Positions 44,540-57,688 of a stretch of DNA of 64,000 nt are shown in pieces. Source of the DNA: the human T2T-CHM13v2.0 reference genome, Homo sapiens; the NCBI RefSeq assembly GCF_009914755.1, contig NC_060933.1; one strand, given 5' to 3'. The notes under the pieces are model-generated. The model saw only the letters and a program-made list of their open reading frames with translations, was not told the DNA's origin and ran no database searches. The stretch's first letter is position 1. Each line of letters begins with the position of its first letter. Made by a program: the position numbers and the translations under genes.

Positions 44540-45298
44540 ACAAAAGGGCATTGTTATGTTCCAGAATTATGGTTCCTGATTCTATCTCCAATATTTAAAA
44601 TGAGTCATCTATCCATTGCACATCTCAACATCTTTCTATGTAGTTCAGGACAAGCATGACATGAGGAATGTATAATTAGAGTCAGTCAAACTTAAAGGCT
44701 CAGAGATCTATTAATGCTTATGAAGTTTGTTAGAGAATATTTCTTTTCAGCGCAGCATATGCACAGGTTATGTGCTTGGAGGGGGAAGCAGCTCCATAGG
44801 CAAAAGTGGAAGGCCTTGAAGCTTTGTTCTTTTCTGAGACAGCACCCAGCAAGGTGTACCATTGCTGTGCTACATTCTGTGAATATTTTGGGGACAAGTG
44901 TCAGGACACGTTTCATGAGCACAGGTGCATTCTATTTGTGTCAGCATCTGTAGAGTACGGGAGGGTGTTGAAAGAAAAAGAACAGACTTTTCTCCCAACT
45001 CCAGTAAGGCTGCCGTTGGAAAAGGCTTTTCTTGGCATTTTTCTGAACACAGCTCAGTAATGCTTCTAGGTGGGGTATACTGAGAACAAGGGATTCCAAA
45101 TCCAAAACTGTCCTACTCAAGCCCCTACTTAACTTGGAATGAGGTTGTGCAAGAAGTTGGTCTTCTGGTTACTTGTTCAACACAGCTGGAACCTTCCCTA
45201 CCAAGGCAACTGTTACTTGGGTTCAGGGTTAGGGGAAGGTCATGATAGCCTTTAAAGGATGTGAGAACAAACAGCCATGGTACTGACAAGTCATTGGC

Positions 45299-45566
45299 TC
45301 TGAATTTTACCCCGCAGAATCACAGGAATGTTCCCTTTGCCAGGTCGAGCCCTGGGTAGTTGATATCTCCCAGTGGGTGGCAGTTCTGCTGCTGCAGCAA
45401 TTCTCCCACTCCCCATTTCCTGCATAGCCTCTGTATTGCTGCTGCAGCATCTGCATGGGTCATCGCCTCTCTCACGGCCGCCAGCACTGACCTGGCAAGA
45501 CACAGGGCTGCCCACACTGATCTTGTTGCTCTAATTGAGCTGCCAGTCATGCTTTGAGTGAAATGC
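45299..45566 (-). repeat. Inverted repeat, right arm (268 bp)
   Basis: Partner of 44272-44539; spacer 759 bp. Confidence 0.98.
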
Positions 45567-46144
45567 GGAAAGCCGTGGTCCCCACAGAAGTTATAAATTT
45601 TAATTCTACTTGGACTTGAGAAAGAGTAGCCTTGATTGTCATTATCCCATTTTATGGAGTCCTTTTGCCTAGGAATCTGAGACAAATTTCCCAATGGGTA
45701 CACTAGAGAACAGTTTAATGGTACTACAAAATGTCATATGTAGAAACACCCCTCCCAGTCCGCAGTCAAATTGTGTCCAAGAGTTGAGACTAGACATCTT
45801 TTTCTTTTGTTTCTCAGGAAGCTCCCTACCTAGTTGTGATACTTTGGGAGAAATGAGTCTCTCTTTTTAAAATATTGAGTCTGGAGAATATCATTTTGAC
45901 AATTTTCTCTATAGTATCTCCTGCAAGGTTTATAAAGTCCCATTTATGCTAGTGTTACCCTCCCTTCTGAAATCCTAAGTGTTTATAATATCTTTATATG
46001 TAGCATAAATACTAACAAATATGATAAAGCAACTGGTGATAACTTTTTTTAACTTTAAAAAATATGGAAATGTTTTCGAAGTTACATTTGTTCATTTTTT
46101 TATATCCAAAATTGTTTCAGAATTGATTTACCTATCATAAGAAT

Positions 46145-47720
46145 ACTTGCAAGAATAAGAATAATGCAAAGAACACCCGTATACTCTTTAACCTATATTC
46201 ACCCATGATTAATATCTTACTCCATTACCTTATTGATTGCTCGAGAGATAGATAGGTAGATAATGAGGGATAGATGGATAGATAGATAGATGTATAATAT
46301 TTTTCCTGAATCACTGGTAGATAAGTTACATACACCACTGCCCTTTACTTCTAAGTACCTTAGTAGGAATTTCATTAAGAATAATCATAATAGTTATCAA
46401 GCTCAGTTAAAGTAGTATTGATATCTCTAATAAATCTAAGATATATTTACTTTAGATATAATCTGTCATCTGTATTTCAGTTTTTCAGTTGACCTAATAA
46501 TAACCTTCACAGTAATTTCCCCCCTCTCCAATACTGGATCTGGTCTAGATTTACATATCACATTTAGTTGTCATGTCTTTTGCATCTCCCTTAATCTGAA
46601 ATATCCCAAGATTCTTTGTCTTTCATGACCCTTTCATTTTTGAAGAATACAATCATGTTCCTTTTTTTAAAAAATAGGGATTGTTTCTTATTTGGGGTTT
46701 GATGTTTTCTTATGATTACATTCTATTTTCAGCAAGATGACAGCACAGGTGATCAATCTGGATATACACAATGGCCTTCTGCCTTTCATTGATATTAATT
46801 TTGATCACCCAAAGTGTTACCTGATTTCTCCACTGTATAATTTTTTTTCTCTTGAAACTCATCAGCAGTTTGTAGGGGAAATCCTTCAAGATGATTCAAG
46901 TATCTGGCTCTTCATCATAATTTGGCAGTCATCAATGTTTGCAAAATGCTAATCTTTCAAGACTAGCTCATCCTACACATTTGCCGGTTGACTCTCAGCA
47001 ACATACCATAAGCAAGGACTCTGCTTTCTTTCCCACTTATTTAGTTATTTATCTATTTATTATTGGTATGGACTAAGGAATTTCTATTTTTAATAGTTTA
47101 TAATTCATTCAAGTACTAAATAGTTGATGATCAAATTGCTCCAGATTTGGCAAGAAGGAGCCTATTCATATGGCTCTGTCCTTTTGGTATCCATCTCTTA
47201 GTTTTTGAGCCCTAGTCTAACTTTTAAAAGAACAAAATGTTCTAGGATCATCCATACCTACCCTGCCTGAGCCCTGGAATTAGCCAAGGAGTTGGAGTCC
47301 TTTTAGTGGTGAATAGTATTAGAGACCAAAGTTTGGGACTAGGCATGCCCAACTGGAATGTCTTTGCTTCTTGATGCTTTCAGAAGACAGAGCTAGGAAA
47401 TATGCACATGTATATATACAAATTCATTCAGAAACGTACAAATATGCATACATATATGCACCCACACATGCACAGACATATGCATACATTCATGCTATAT
47501 ATTATACATTTATATCCACACTTTAGAAATTATGAGTTCACATCAGCATGTCCAATTCCAATTCACCACCACAGAGTACTTCATTGCCTTTGCTCCTCCA
47601 CATTTTTATTTCTCTTCTCAGTGGCAAGGCTGAATCCCAACAACATCAACACATGTATTTATTGGCTCATTCATTTGTTCATATATTTCTATCCAAAATT
47701 GTTTCCAAATTGATTTACTT
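46145..47720 (-). mobile_element. Old LINE-1 3' UTR (L1MC/L1MD-like), includes a GATA tract at ~46245-46291
   Basis: TTGCAAGAAT..AAAGAACACCCGTATAC, CATTTAGTTGTCATGTCT and TCAAATTG..CCAGATTTGGC motifs typical of antisense L1MC. Confidence 0.75.
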
Positions 47721-48524
47721 ATCATAAAATTGCTTTAATTAGAAAAAATGAGATACTTCTTCTCAAGTACAGCTTCACTCCTTTCTTACACAATAGTCTT
47801 ATTTCCATAGTCATAGGAGACACAAAAAGGCTTAAATTCAATTGAGTTCCAAAACTTATACTCTTCTTCTTAACAATATTGTTGTATAATCTTAGCTCTG
47901 GAATATTTATTTTATTACCAGGGAGGGAATTGGGAATGAAGATCACTCTGTCTCCTATGCTAGGTATGAACGTTAATTTTGAAGGTGAGTTTGGAGTTGG
48001 TTTGAAAATAATGGGTTGTAGAGAAGGCTTCCTGTACCCTTCAAGAGCCCAGCAGTGAGGTCTTGAGATTGCACACACCGGTTTATAATTTTATAAGCAC
48101 TTAAAATTTTTAATTTACCCATAGATTTTCCCTCTATCTAAATATTTTTTGCTTAATATTTAGATTGCCAGAGAAGCTAGAGATTTTCTCGCAGGTAAAT
48201 GAGGATGGAATACTTTAAATACAAATCACCAGGCTTTTGTACCTATAAGGGGCAGTAATAATTTAATAGTATCACAAAGGAAGTTACCACGCAGTAACAT
48301 TTTCTAAAGTATGATTCTTGGGATACTATAATTATGTGGCAGCATTATTATGAGTATTTGAAAATAACATTCATAGATAAGTTTGGAAAATTTGTGGTAA
48401 AATACACTAAATATTTCAAAATTTTCTCCAATAATTCTTAGGGTTTTAATTTTGATAATGTACATTGCGTATTGCCAACAGGAAATAAAATTCAGGTCTC
48501 TGCACCATATTTTAAAACTGATTA

Positions 48525-48735
48525 CAGGCATACTTCAAAGATATTTCAGGTTCATTTCCAGACCACCACAATAATGTATTGCAATAATGAAAGTCACATG
48601 AATTTTTTGACTTCCCAGTGCATGTAATGACAACAGTGAAGTTTGCTGTACCCATTGACTTTTCTTTTAAAAACGATTTTACTGTAGCATGTGATGCTCA
48701 CTGATAGCATTTTACCTACAGAACTAACTTCTTTC

Positions 48736-48767
<32 letters not shown>

Positions 48768-50966
48768 AGACAGAGTCTCACTCTGTGTCCCAGGCTGGAG
48801 TGAAGTGGCACAATCTCGGCTCACTCTAACCTCCGCCCCCTGGGTTCAAGCGATTCTCCTGCCTCAGCCTCCCAAGTAGCTGATATCACAGGCACCCATC
48901 ACCATGTCCAGCTAATTTCTTTTTATTTTTTTGTAGAGACGGGGTTTTGCCATGATGGCCAGGCTGGTCTCGAACTCTTGACCTCAGGTGATCCACCCGC
49001 CTTGGCCTCCCAACGAAACTTCTTTCAAAATTGGAGTCAGTCCTCTCAAATGCTGCCACTGCATTATCAACTAAGTTTATGTAATATATTGTCATTTCAA
49101 CAATGTTTATAGCATCTTCACCAGGGGTAGATTCTATCTCAAGAAACCACTTTCTTTGCTCATTTGTAAGAAGCACCTCCTCACCTGTTCAAGCTTTATC
49201 ATTAGAGAGCAGCAACTCAGTCACATCTTTGGGCTCCACTTCTAATTGTAGTTCTCATGCTGTTTCCACCACATCAGCAGTTAATTCCACCACTGAAGTA
49301 TTGAACCCCCTCAAAGTTATCCAGGAGGTTTGGAATTAACTTCTTCCAAATTCCTGTTAATAATATTTTAGCGTCTTCTTATGAATCATGAATTTTCTCA
49401 GTGGCATATAGAATGGTGAACACTTTCCAGAAGGTTTTCCATTTTCTTTGCCCAGGTCCATTACAGGAGTTACTATTCATGGCAGCTATAGACTTATAAA
49501 ACGTATTTCTTAAATTCTAAGACTTGAAAGTTTAAGTAATTCCTTGATCCCTGGGCTACAGAATAAATGCTGTATTACTGGACATGAAAAAAACATTAAT
49601 TTCCTTGTGCATCTCCATCAGAGCTCTTGGTTGATGAGGTACACTGTCGACAAGGAGTAATGTTTTGAAGGAATCTTTTTCTCCTAACAGTAGGCCTTAG
49701 TAGTGGGCTAAAAATATGTAGCAAATCATATTATAAACATATATGCTGTCATCCAGGCTTTGTTGTTCCATTTATAGAGCACAGGCAAAGTAGATTTAGC
49801 ATACTTCTTAAGGACTCTAGAATTTTCAGAATGGTAAATAAGTACTGGCTTCAACTTAAAGTCACCAGCTACATTAGCTCCTAATAAGAGAGTCAGCCCG
49901 TCCTTTGAAGCTTTGAAGTCAGGCATTGACTTCTCCTCTCTAGCTATGGAAGTCCTAGATGGCATTTTCTTCCAATAGAAGGCTGTTTCATCTACATTAA
50001 AAACCTGCTTAGTGTAACCTCCTTCATCAATAATGTTAGCAAGATCTTCTGGATAACTTGCTGTAGCTTCTACACCAGCACTTGCTGCTTCACCTTGTAC
50101 TTTTATGTTATGAAAATAGCTTCTTTCCTTAAACCAGCTTCTTTCGTTAAACCTCATGAACCAATCTGCTAGCTTCCAACTTTTCTTCTGCAGCTTCCTT
50201 ACCTCTCTTAGCCTTCATAGAATTGAAGAAAGTTAGGGTCTTGCTCTCGATTGGTTTGTCTTAAGAGAATGTTACGGCTGATTTGATCTTCTACCCAGAT
50301 TACTGCAACTTTCTCCATGTCAGCAATGAGGCTGCTTTGCTTTCTTATCATCCATGTATTCACTGGAGTAGCACTTCTAATTTCCTCCAAGAACTTTTTC
50401 TTTGCATTCAAAAGTTATGTTACTGTTGGGTACAAGAGACCTAACTTTCATCCTATCTTGGCTTTTGACACGCTTTCCTCAATAAGAGTAATCATTTCTA
50501 GGTTTTAATTAAAAGTGACAGAAATGCCAGTCTTCCTTTCATTTGAACGCTTAACAGGGCATTGTAAAGTTACTAATTCGTTTAATATCAGTATTTTTGT
50601 GTCCTGGGGAATAAGAAGACCCAAGGAAAGGGAGAGAGATGAGAGAATGGCTGGTTAGTGGAGCACTCAAACCACACACAGCATTTATTAAGTTAATCAT
50701 CTTAATTAGGGGTGTTCATGGAGCCCCAAAACAATTACTAGAGTAACATCAAAGATCAATGATCACAGATCACCATAACAGATATAATAATAACAAGTTT
50801 GAAATATTGTGAGAATTACCAAAATGTTACACAGAGATAGGAAGTGAACATGTGCTGTTGGAAAAATGGTGCCTATGGACACAATATTGTCACAAATCTT
50901 CATTTTGTAAAAAAACACGGTATCTGCAAAGCACAATAAAGTTTATCTCAAAACAAGGCATGACTA
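48525..50966 (-). mobile_element. Tigger1 (pogo/TcMar DNA transposon), near full length, transposase decayed
   Basis: TA|CAGGCATAC left TIR and degenerate right TIR followed by TA. Minus-strand ORF pieces 50208-50411, 49726-50157 ([18 protein letters not shown] motif) and 48886-49176 are Tigger transposase fragments. Confidence 0.95.
48736..49013 (-). mobile_element. 5'-truncated AluS inserted in Tigger1
   Basis: Reverse Alu. AACTTCTTTC duplicated on both sides. Confidence 0.93.
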
Positions 50967-52599
50967 TAAACACAGGTGTGACACATGTCTATGGATTATA
51001 TTATGATGCAGTACTAGTAGTCAAAATAATATACTTTGGGAAATGCCAGAAAGCAATATAGGAAAAGGTTTTGTTTTATTTTTTCTGGTGGAGAAATAGG
51101 TTATAGTGCTGGTCAAACTGTCCCATTTTTGAGAATTCCTGGGATCAGGATAACATGGGCTGGTTATCTGAAGTAGCTGAAACATAGACAGGAGGTGAAT
51201 CTTGTCCAAGAAAGAGGGCCAAAGCTGAAAGCCAGAGAAGCCCAATTATGTTTTGTGTCCCAGGGCGAGGGACATGAAACTGAAGGACAAAGAGTTAGTG
51301 AAAATAGGAGCAGAATGAGAAGTAAGTGGAAATTAATTGAATAGGTCATAGGCTTCAACCATAGGCAAGGAAAGAAGTAAAAAGCTCTTTATATTATGTC
51401 ACAGCCACTTGGTACATGAATGGTTTGGCCTGAATTAAAAGAAAAAGATTATGAAAGTATTTCTTGATGTTCTATCAGACCAGAAGCTTTGCTCTACTGA
51501 CACCAGTAGTTGTTTTCTACACACTGAAATCCAGGGTGGTAAATAAGATCTCACCCACCACAGCCTTCCACAAGCCACTCTATGGCATTAGCAGGCACCT
51601 GCAGTCTACATTGGCAATAAAACACACTTCATTAAGTTCTAGAGCGCATGGATCTGAGCTCAAGCAATAGGAATAGGAACAGATATAGCCAAAGTTACAT
51701 AAACACAGAAATTGTACTTTAAAATACGAACTGCAAGCACTGCAGTCGGGGAATACAAACCCCCTGCTCCTGGTTGCGTAGGACCACAGATTACAACACA
51801 AGGGAAGCAGGACCCAGAAAGGAGCATGTCCCTTTGTCATTTGTGGTGAAACCTTATACTAGTTCTCAAGTAATGAGGGCCTGGGGTTAATAACAGAATC
51901 ATTCTCTAGTCATATGAGTTTATGTTTAATTACTTAATAAAGAGTATAGAGATTGTTCTAGAGAGTGAGACCAGTCATTTTTAAGTAACTCTACCATTTT
52001 ATAAGATCCAAAAACATTACCATGCCTGGTGAAGTCAAGTAAAAATTATCCACCTTCCACTGCCATTGGGAATCTAGTGACCAGAACAGAGAAGCCACAC
52101 TAGCCATTTTTCTTATATACAGAAGCCTGAACAAGGTTTCCTTCTCTCTACACATCACAAGTGCTCCCTAGGCTTTTCTGAGACACCCCCTCACCTTACT
52201 GGCTACAAAAGCAGACTCCTTCTAGATTCATTCTTACAATAGTGGCACACACTGAGGCATCAAAAACCAAGTCATCTAGGAAGCGGGCAAACAAGACTTA
52301 AGACTTCTAGAAGTAACTTGTTAGTTGACTGTGTCCAACCCATGGCTATACCTTCAAAAAGCTAGAGCAATTTGCAAAAACCTGGATTAGCCTTTTAAAG
52401 TTTAAAATTGTGAAAAAGCAGGAAAAAACAAATCGTTTAAACTAGTTTCTATATATGAGTGTCTATCTACCGTGGCAGGATGGCAGGAGAGATGGAGTGG
52501 TGGAACCAGGCAGGCTGCCTTCCATTCTTGGCTGGCCTGTTTCCTAGCTGGGTGAATATGGAATATTTGCCTTTTCTGAGCCTGTGTTCCCTGTCTAGC

Positions 52600-53415
52600 A
52601 CCACCCTACTCCTTCTCACTTAGTGTGTTCTTACTACACAGGTATTCTTTGAGTGACTTAAAGTGTGCTCTTTCCCACCCTGTGGCCTTTGCATGTTTTT
52701 TTTCTACAGGAACACATGTTTGTAGCTGGTCACATGGCTGGCCACTTCTCATCTTTCAGCTCTTACCTTTTCAAGAGGCCTCTGATCACTGATCCTAGAT
52801 CATCTCCCACTATTGCCCTCTGTCACGGTACTCTTTCATATTTTCTTTGCAGGAGGTATAACAATTTATAGCAGTGTATTTATTTTGTTGATTTACTTGC
52901 TTATAGATTATCTTCCCTACTATGCTTTTAGCATCCGTGAAGGCAGGGACTTTATTGTTCACTGCTATGTACCTGTTGTCTTTGTTTTAGCTTGTTCAGG
53001 CTGCTATAACAAAATATCACACTAGTCATTTCCACAACTGGCTGGCTTATAAACAACAGAAAATTATTGCTTACAGCTCTAGAGGCTGGGGAAATCCAAG
53101 ATCAAGACATCGCAGGTTCAGTGTCTGGTGAGGGCCCACTTCCTGGTTGATAGATGGCTTTCTGTTTTCTGTGTCGTCACATGGCAGAAGGGATGGGGCA
53201 GTTTTTGGGGCCTCTTTTATAAGGACACTAATCCCATTCACGAGTGCTCCACCCTCATGACTTAATCACTTCCCAAAGGTCCCACCTCCAAACACCATCA
53301 CATTAGGAATTAGGTTTCAACATATGAATTTGGGGGTGGGGACATACATTCAGTCCACAGCACCTTGCATCGTTCTTGACACACATGGATGTTCAATATG
53401 TATTTGTTGAATACA
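52600..53415 (+). mobile_element. L2 3' end interrupted by an MLT1A LTR
   Basis: CCGTGAAGGCAGGGACTTT..TTGTTCACTGCTAT before the LTR; TCAATATGTATTTGTTGAAT after it. Confidence 0.7.
52983..53362 (-). mobile_element. MaLR solo LTR (MLT1A-like)
   Basis: GGCTGCTATAACAAAAT..GGCTTATAAACAACAGAAA..GTGTCTGGTGAGGGCCC..TTTCAACATATGAATTTGGGG. Confidence 0.88.
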
Positions 53416-54263
53416 TGAGAATAATATGTATCTCCCAGACATGTTTTGGGAGTAAAATGAATGAAATGTATATGAAAGGTCTAACTCAATTCCTGGCCCA
53501 TATCAGGCATCAGTAGGTATAGAGGCCTTTCTTCATTCTGTCTTCCCCAAGTGCAGCACTCACAGAATTAAAACTTACAAGACACTGAATTCCTAGGAAT
53601 AAAATTTGAATGGAGTAGTAAAAAGATTAACTTGATGTTTAGAAGCTTCCTGAAAGAAGGAGAATATTATTTGTAAATACATATTTAAAAAAAAACTTCA
53701 AAATACTCCAATATCCAAAGTTGGTACAATTACCTTTCCCTGTTTACATTCTTATTTTTTAATGGCAGATTAGTAACAGAAAGCTAGTAATCCAGGATAT
53801 ATTGAGCTAAAAAAAAGTTAACCATGCTATTTGACGAGCTATGAATTGGAGCTAGACTTCTTGACCTCCAGCCTGAGCTAATTATTGTTTTTTCCAATGA
53901 ATATATACAATTCGTTTTGCAAAGATTGAGTTATATTTCATCAAGGCTAAAACATATAAATTCTATCTTCTTTGCCTCCTTTCAAGAAGCTTGCTATAAA
54001 AGGGTCTCCTCTGCTTTAAGTCCCCATCAACAAAATTTCTGCCTTTAGAAAAAAGCAACCCTAAACTCATCAAATTAGGGACAAACCTATTGTTATTCTA
54101 TCAGCTATAGGAATTGCAGGATTACCTATTAAACAGTACTTCCTTCCTTTGTCACTTTCCACAGATAAAGGAGAGTCATTTTATCTTAGGGAAAAAGAAA
54201 TTGGTGAAAATAAACCACAATATTTGTTAATTACGTGGTCTTGAATCCTCGGGGAAAAAAGCA

Positions 54264-54602
54264 CAGTAGTCCCCCTTATCTCTGGTTTCACTTTCAGTGG
54301 TGTCAGTTACCCACAGTCAACTGCAGTCCAAAAATGTTAAATGGAAAATCCCAGAAATAAACAATTGATAAGTTTTAAATTGTATGCTGCTCTGAGTGGC
54401 ATGATGAAGTCTCATGCTGTTCTGCTCTGTCCCATCAGGGATGTGCATCATCCTTTTGTCCAGTATATCCACACTCTGTGTGCTTCCCACCCTATACAGT
54501 GTGACTGTATAGGAAAAAACATAGTTCAATACTATCCATGGTTTCAGGCATCTGCTGGGGGTCTTGGAATTAATCCCCTGTGGGTATGGGGGGGCACTAC
54601 TG
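54264..54602 (+). mobile_element. Tigger3a/MER7A-like MITE
   Basis: TIRs CAGTAGTCCCCC / GGGGGCACTACTG followed by TA; AAATGGAAAATCCCAGAAATAAACAATT internal motif. Confidence 0.85.
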
Positions 54603-55676
54603 TAAACAACATAGAATCAGAGATTTTTCTGTTTCAAAGTGAAAATAGACCAAACAGATTATTGTACAATCCTTTAATCTACAAGTAAGGAGACTGAGGC
54701 CTCAAGAAATTTGATGAATTCCCAGGCAGAAGTGAGCAATAGACTTGAGTCCAACACTTGTCATTGAAGTTGCCACATCCACTAGTCTTCTACTTCCATG
54801 ATTTCTTTTCTTCCCCTTGGCCTAGTTTTCCATTCCAATGACTTTCCCCACCCTTTTTGTCACTCAGTTTTTCTCTGGGACGAGAGTTTTCCCAGATGGC
54901 CCAGAGAGTGAAAACTAAAATAAATTAAAATCATTCTTGTAAAATTTGCTTTGTTTATTTCCATTATTGCTAATAATATGTGCTTCTTTTGTTTTTGTTT
55001 TTGTTTTTCTCACTCACTTGATGTGGAAACATTCACCCCAAAATAAATTCTCAATCAAGACTATTCTCTCAGTGTCCAGGAGTAAGCAGTCTTTAGGCAC
55101 AAAGAGACAAAGAGTCTTCTCATCTCTGTCTACAGATTTCTTTTTGCCAAGGCATTAAAGTTAGTAAATAATGAGCTGGTGGTGCCTTGGGCTGCCTACT
55201 GAGCGCCCATTTCCTGGTACACATGCTTTTCCCATATTTATTCTTCAACAGAAGGTTAAACCATCCTTGGGTCGGGGGAGGGCATGCCACTGTGGCAGAG
55301 ATTACTAACCCCAGTTGGCAGGTACTCATTGGGGTCCCCTGTTCTTTCCATTTATTTAGAAGGCAGAATAGGGAGCAGCAGAGACATATCCTTCAAGGAA
55401 ATATGCTCAGTGATAGCATGGCAAGTTTTTCCAGCCCAGTTTCCAGAATTAGAAAAACTACTCACACACCATCCAACTGAGACAGTAGTAGATATGAAAA
55501 GGCTTCTTCAGTTAAGCAGATATATATTTAAGTCCATAAAGAACATATATACAAAGTGCCAGGCCCTGTACCAGAGACTAGAGCACCAGGGACAAACAGG
55601 ACAGACAGCTTTTGATCTCTACCTGAGGGCTGCACAAAGTGCTCTGGGTCAGCACTGGGACTTAGCCATCTCCTTC

Positions 55677-56026
55677 TGTATTAGTCCATTTTCACACTGA
55701 TGATAAAGACATACCCAAGACTGGGCAATTTACAAAAGAAAAAGGTTTAATTGGAGTTACAGTTCCATGTGGCTGGGGAAGCCTCACAATCATGGCAGAA
55801 GGCAAGGAGGAGCAAGTCACATCTTACATGGATGGCAGCAACCAAAAAGAGCTTGTGCAGGAAAACGCCCCCTTATAATAACCATCAGATCTTGTGATAC
55901 TTACTGTCATGAGAACAGCATGAAAAAGAACTGCTCCCATGATTCAATTACCTCCCATCAGGTCCCTCCCACAATACGTGTGAATTCAAGATGAGATTTG
56001 AGTGGGAATACAGCCAAACCATATCT
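55677..56026 (-). mobile_element. THE1 solo LTR (THE1B/C-like)
   Basis: TGTATTAGTCCATTTTCAC..GATAAAGACATACCCAAGACTGGG..CAGCCAAACCATATC. 5-bp TSD CCTTC/CCTTT. Confidence 0.93.
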
Positions 56027-56627
56027 CCTTTTTTTGGAACAAGTCCTTTCCTTCAGTCAATAACTACATCCTGATTACCTACTATGCTCCAGAAACCCTA
56101 TTAGGCTCTCTGCAGGGTACAAATAGCTACAGTCTTATCCTCAAACAATATTCAGAATAGCTGTGGAGCCAAGATACACAGAGTCACATGAAAAGATAAG
56201 TTAATAATGAAAGGAACTGGTACTTTCTGGCACTCTGGAATGTTCTATGTCTTGATCTAGGTGGTGCTTACACAGGTATCTACATATGTAAAAATTCAAT
56301 CTACATATTTAAGATTTCTGTACATTTTAAGATTAAAAAGTAAGGCAAGGAATTATTTGTTTTACATGTATATATATCCTCATACAATTCCAAAAATGAT
56401 TTGAACCTTTTTACAAAGATATGCACAATTACCAGATTGTAAAATAAATAAGGGAGAAAACTGGAGGAAAGAAAAATAAAGACAGGAAATAAAAATAAGC
56501 CAAAGTTAATGCTATTACTGCACCCAAGCACCGCCCCCCCAACCCCCGCCAAATACATGACATTAAGTGTCACTTGTTACTTGTGGTGGGCTACAATTCT
56601 GGCTCTGAGTCTATGAAAAGAGGGAGA

Positions 56628-57064
<437 letters not shown>

Positions 57065-57688
57065 TCATGTCCCCAATAACATCCATACAATATATTTCAC
57101 AGTGCTTTTTGCTGGGTTGTTTCTCATAAAGTTTTTTTTTTTTTTTTTAATGTGGGATAGTGGTATAATAGCAGACCACAGTTCAACAAAAGCAATTATA
57201 CAGGGACTAAAAGGACACAGGCCAGAATATGAAGTGTTATTTGAGTAAAATAGATATTCTCTTAGTTTCAAAGCAGGGGAGTAGAGATGCAATGTAGAGA
57301 AATTGAGAAAGCCTTCATTGAAAAGGAGATATTCAGCTGGACCTTGAACAAACATCGGAAGATATCAGATAAACTAACAGGAATGAAGAGGTCACTCAAA
57401 GAGGGACAGGTGCAACCAAGAGGTGGAAGAAAGAATATGAAAGAAAATAAGTCATCCAGGCTGGTTTATAATGAAAAAATGGGCAAGAAGACTGAGAAGG
57501 TAAGTTGAGACCAGACATTGGAGGTACCATAGGTCAGGCTAAGCAGTTAATTCATCATCTTAGAGATAAACGGTAGAGGGGAGCTGAAGTATTTCAGGCT
57601 TCTGGACAGAATAGTATTATGATAAAAGCTATTAATATTTAGGAAGATTCCTCTGACTGTCTTTGGCCAAATAAATTAGAAAAGCAAG

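Noticed and set aside
45218-45240. Telomere-like/G4 motif GGGTTCAGGGTTAGGGGAAGG in the loop
   Set aside because: Only one true TTAGGG and three G3 tracts; compatible with chance.
44272-45566. Inverted repeat as the TIRs of a DNA transposon or foldback element
   Set aside because: No target-site duplication at the outer ends, no transposase in the loop and no familiar TIR termini. 98% identity is also too high for human DNA transposon fossils without conversion.
44277-45703. Duplicated ORFs in the inverted-repeat arms as a two-copy gene or toxin/antitoxin-like pair
   Set aside because: Multiple open frames on both strands are expected in GC-rich, stop-poor sequence. There is no recognisable homology, and the ORFs differ outside the arms.
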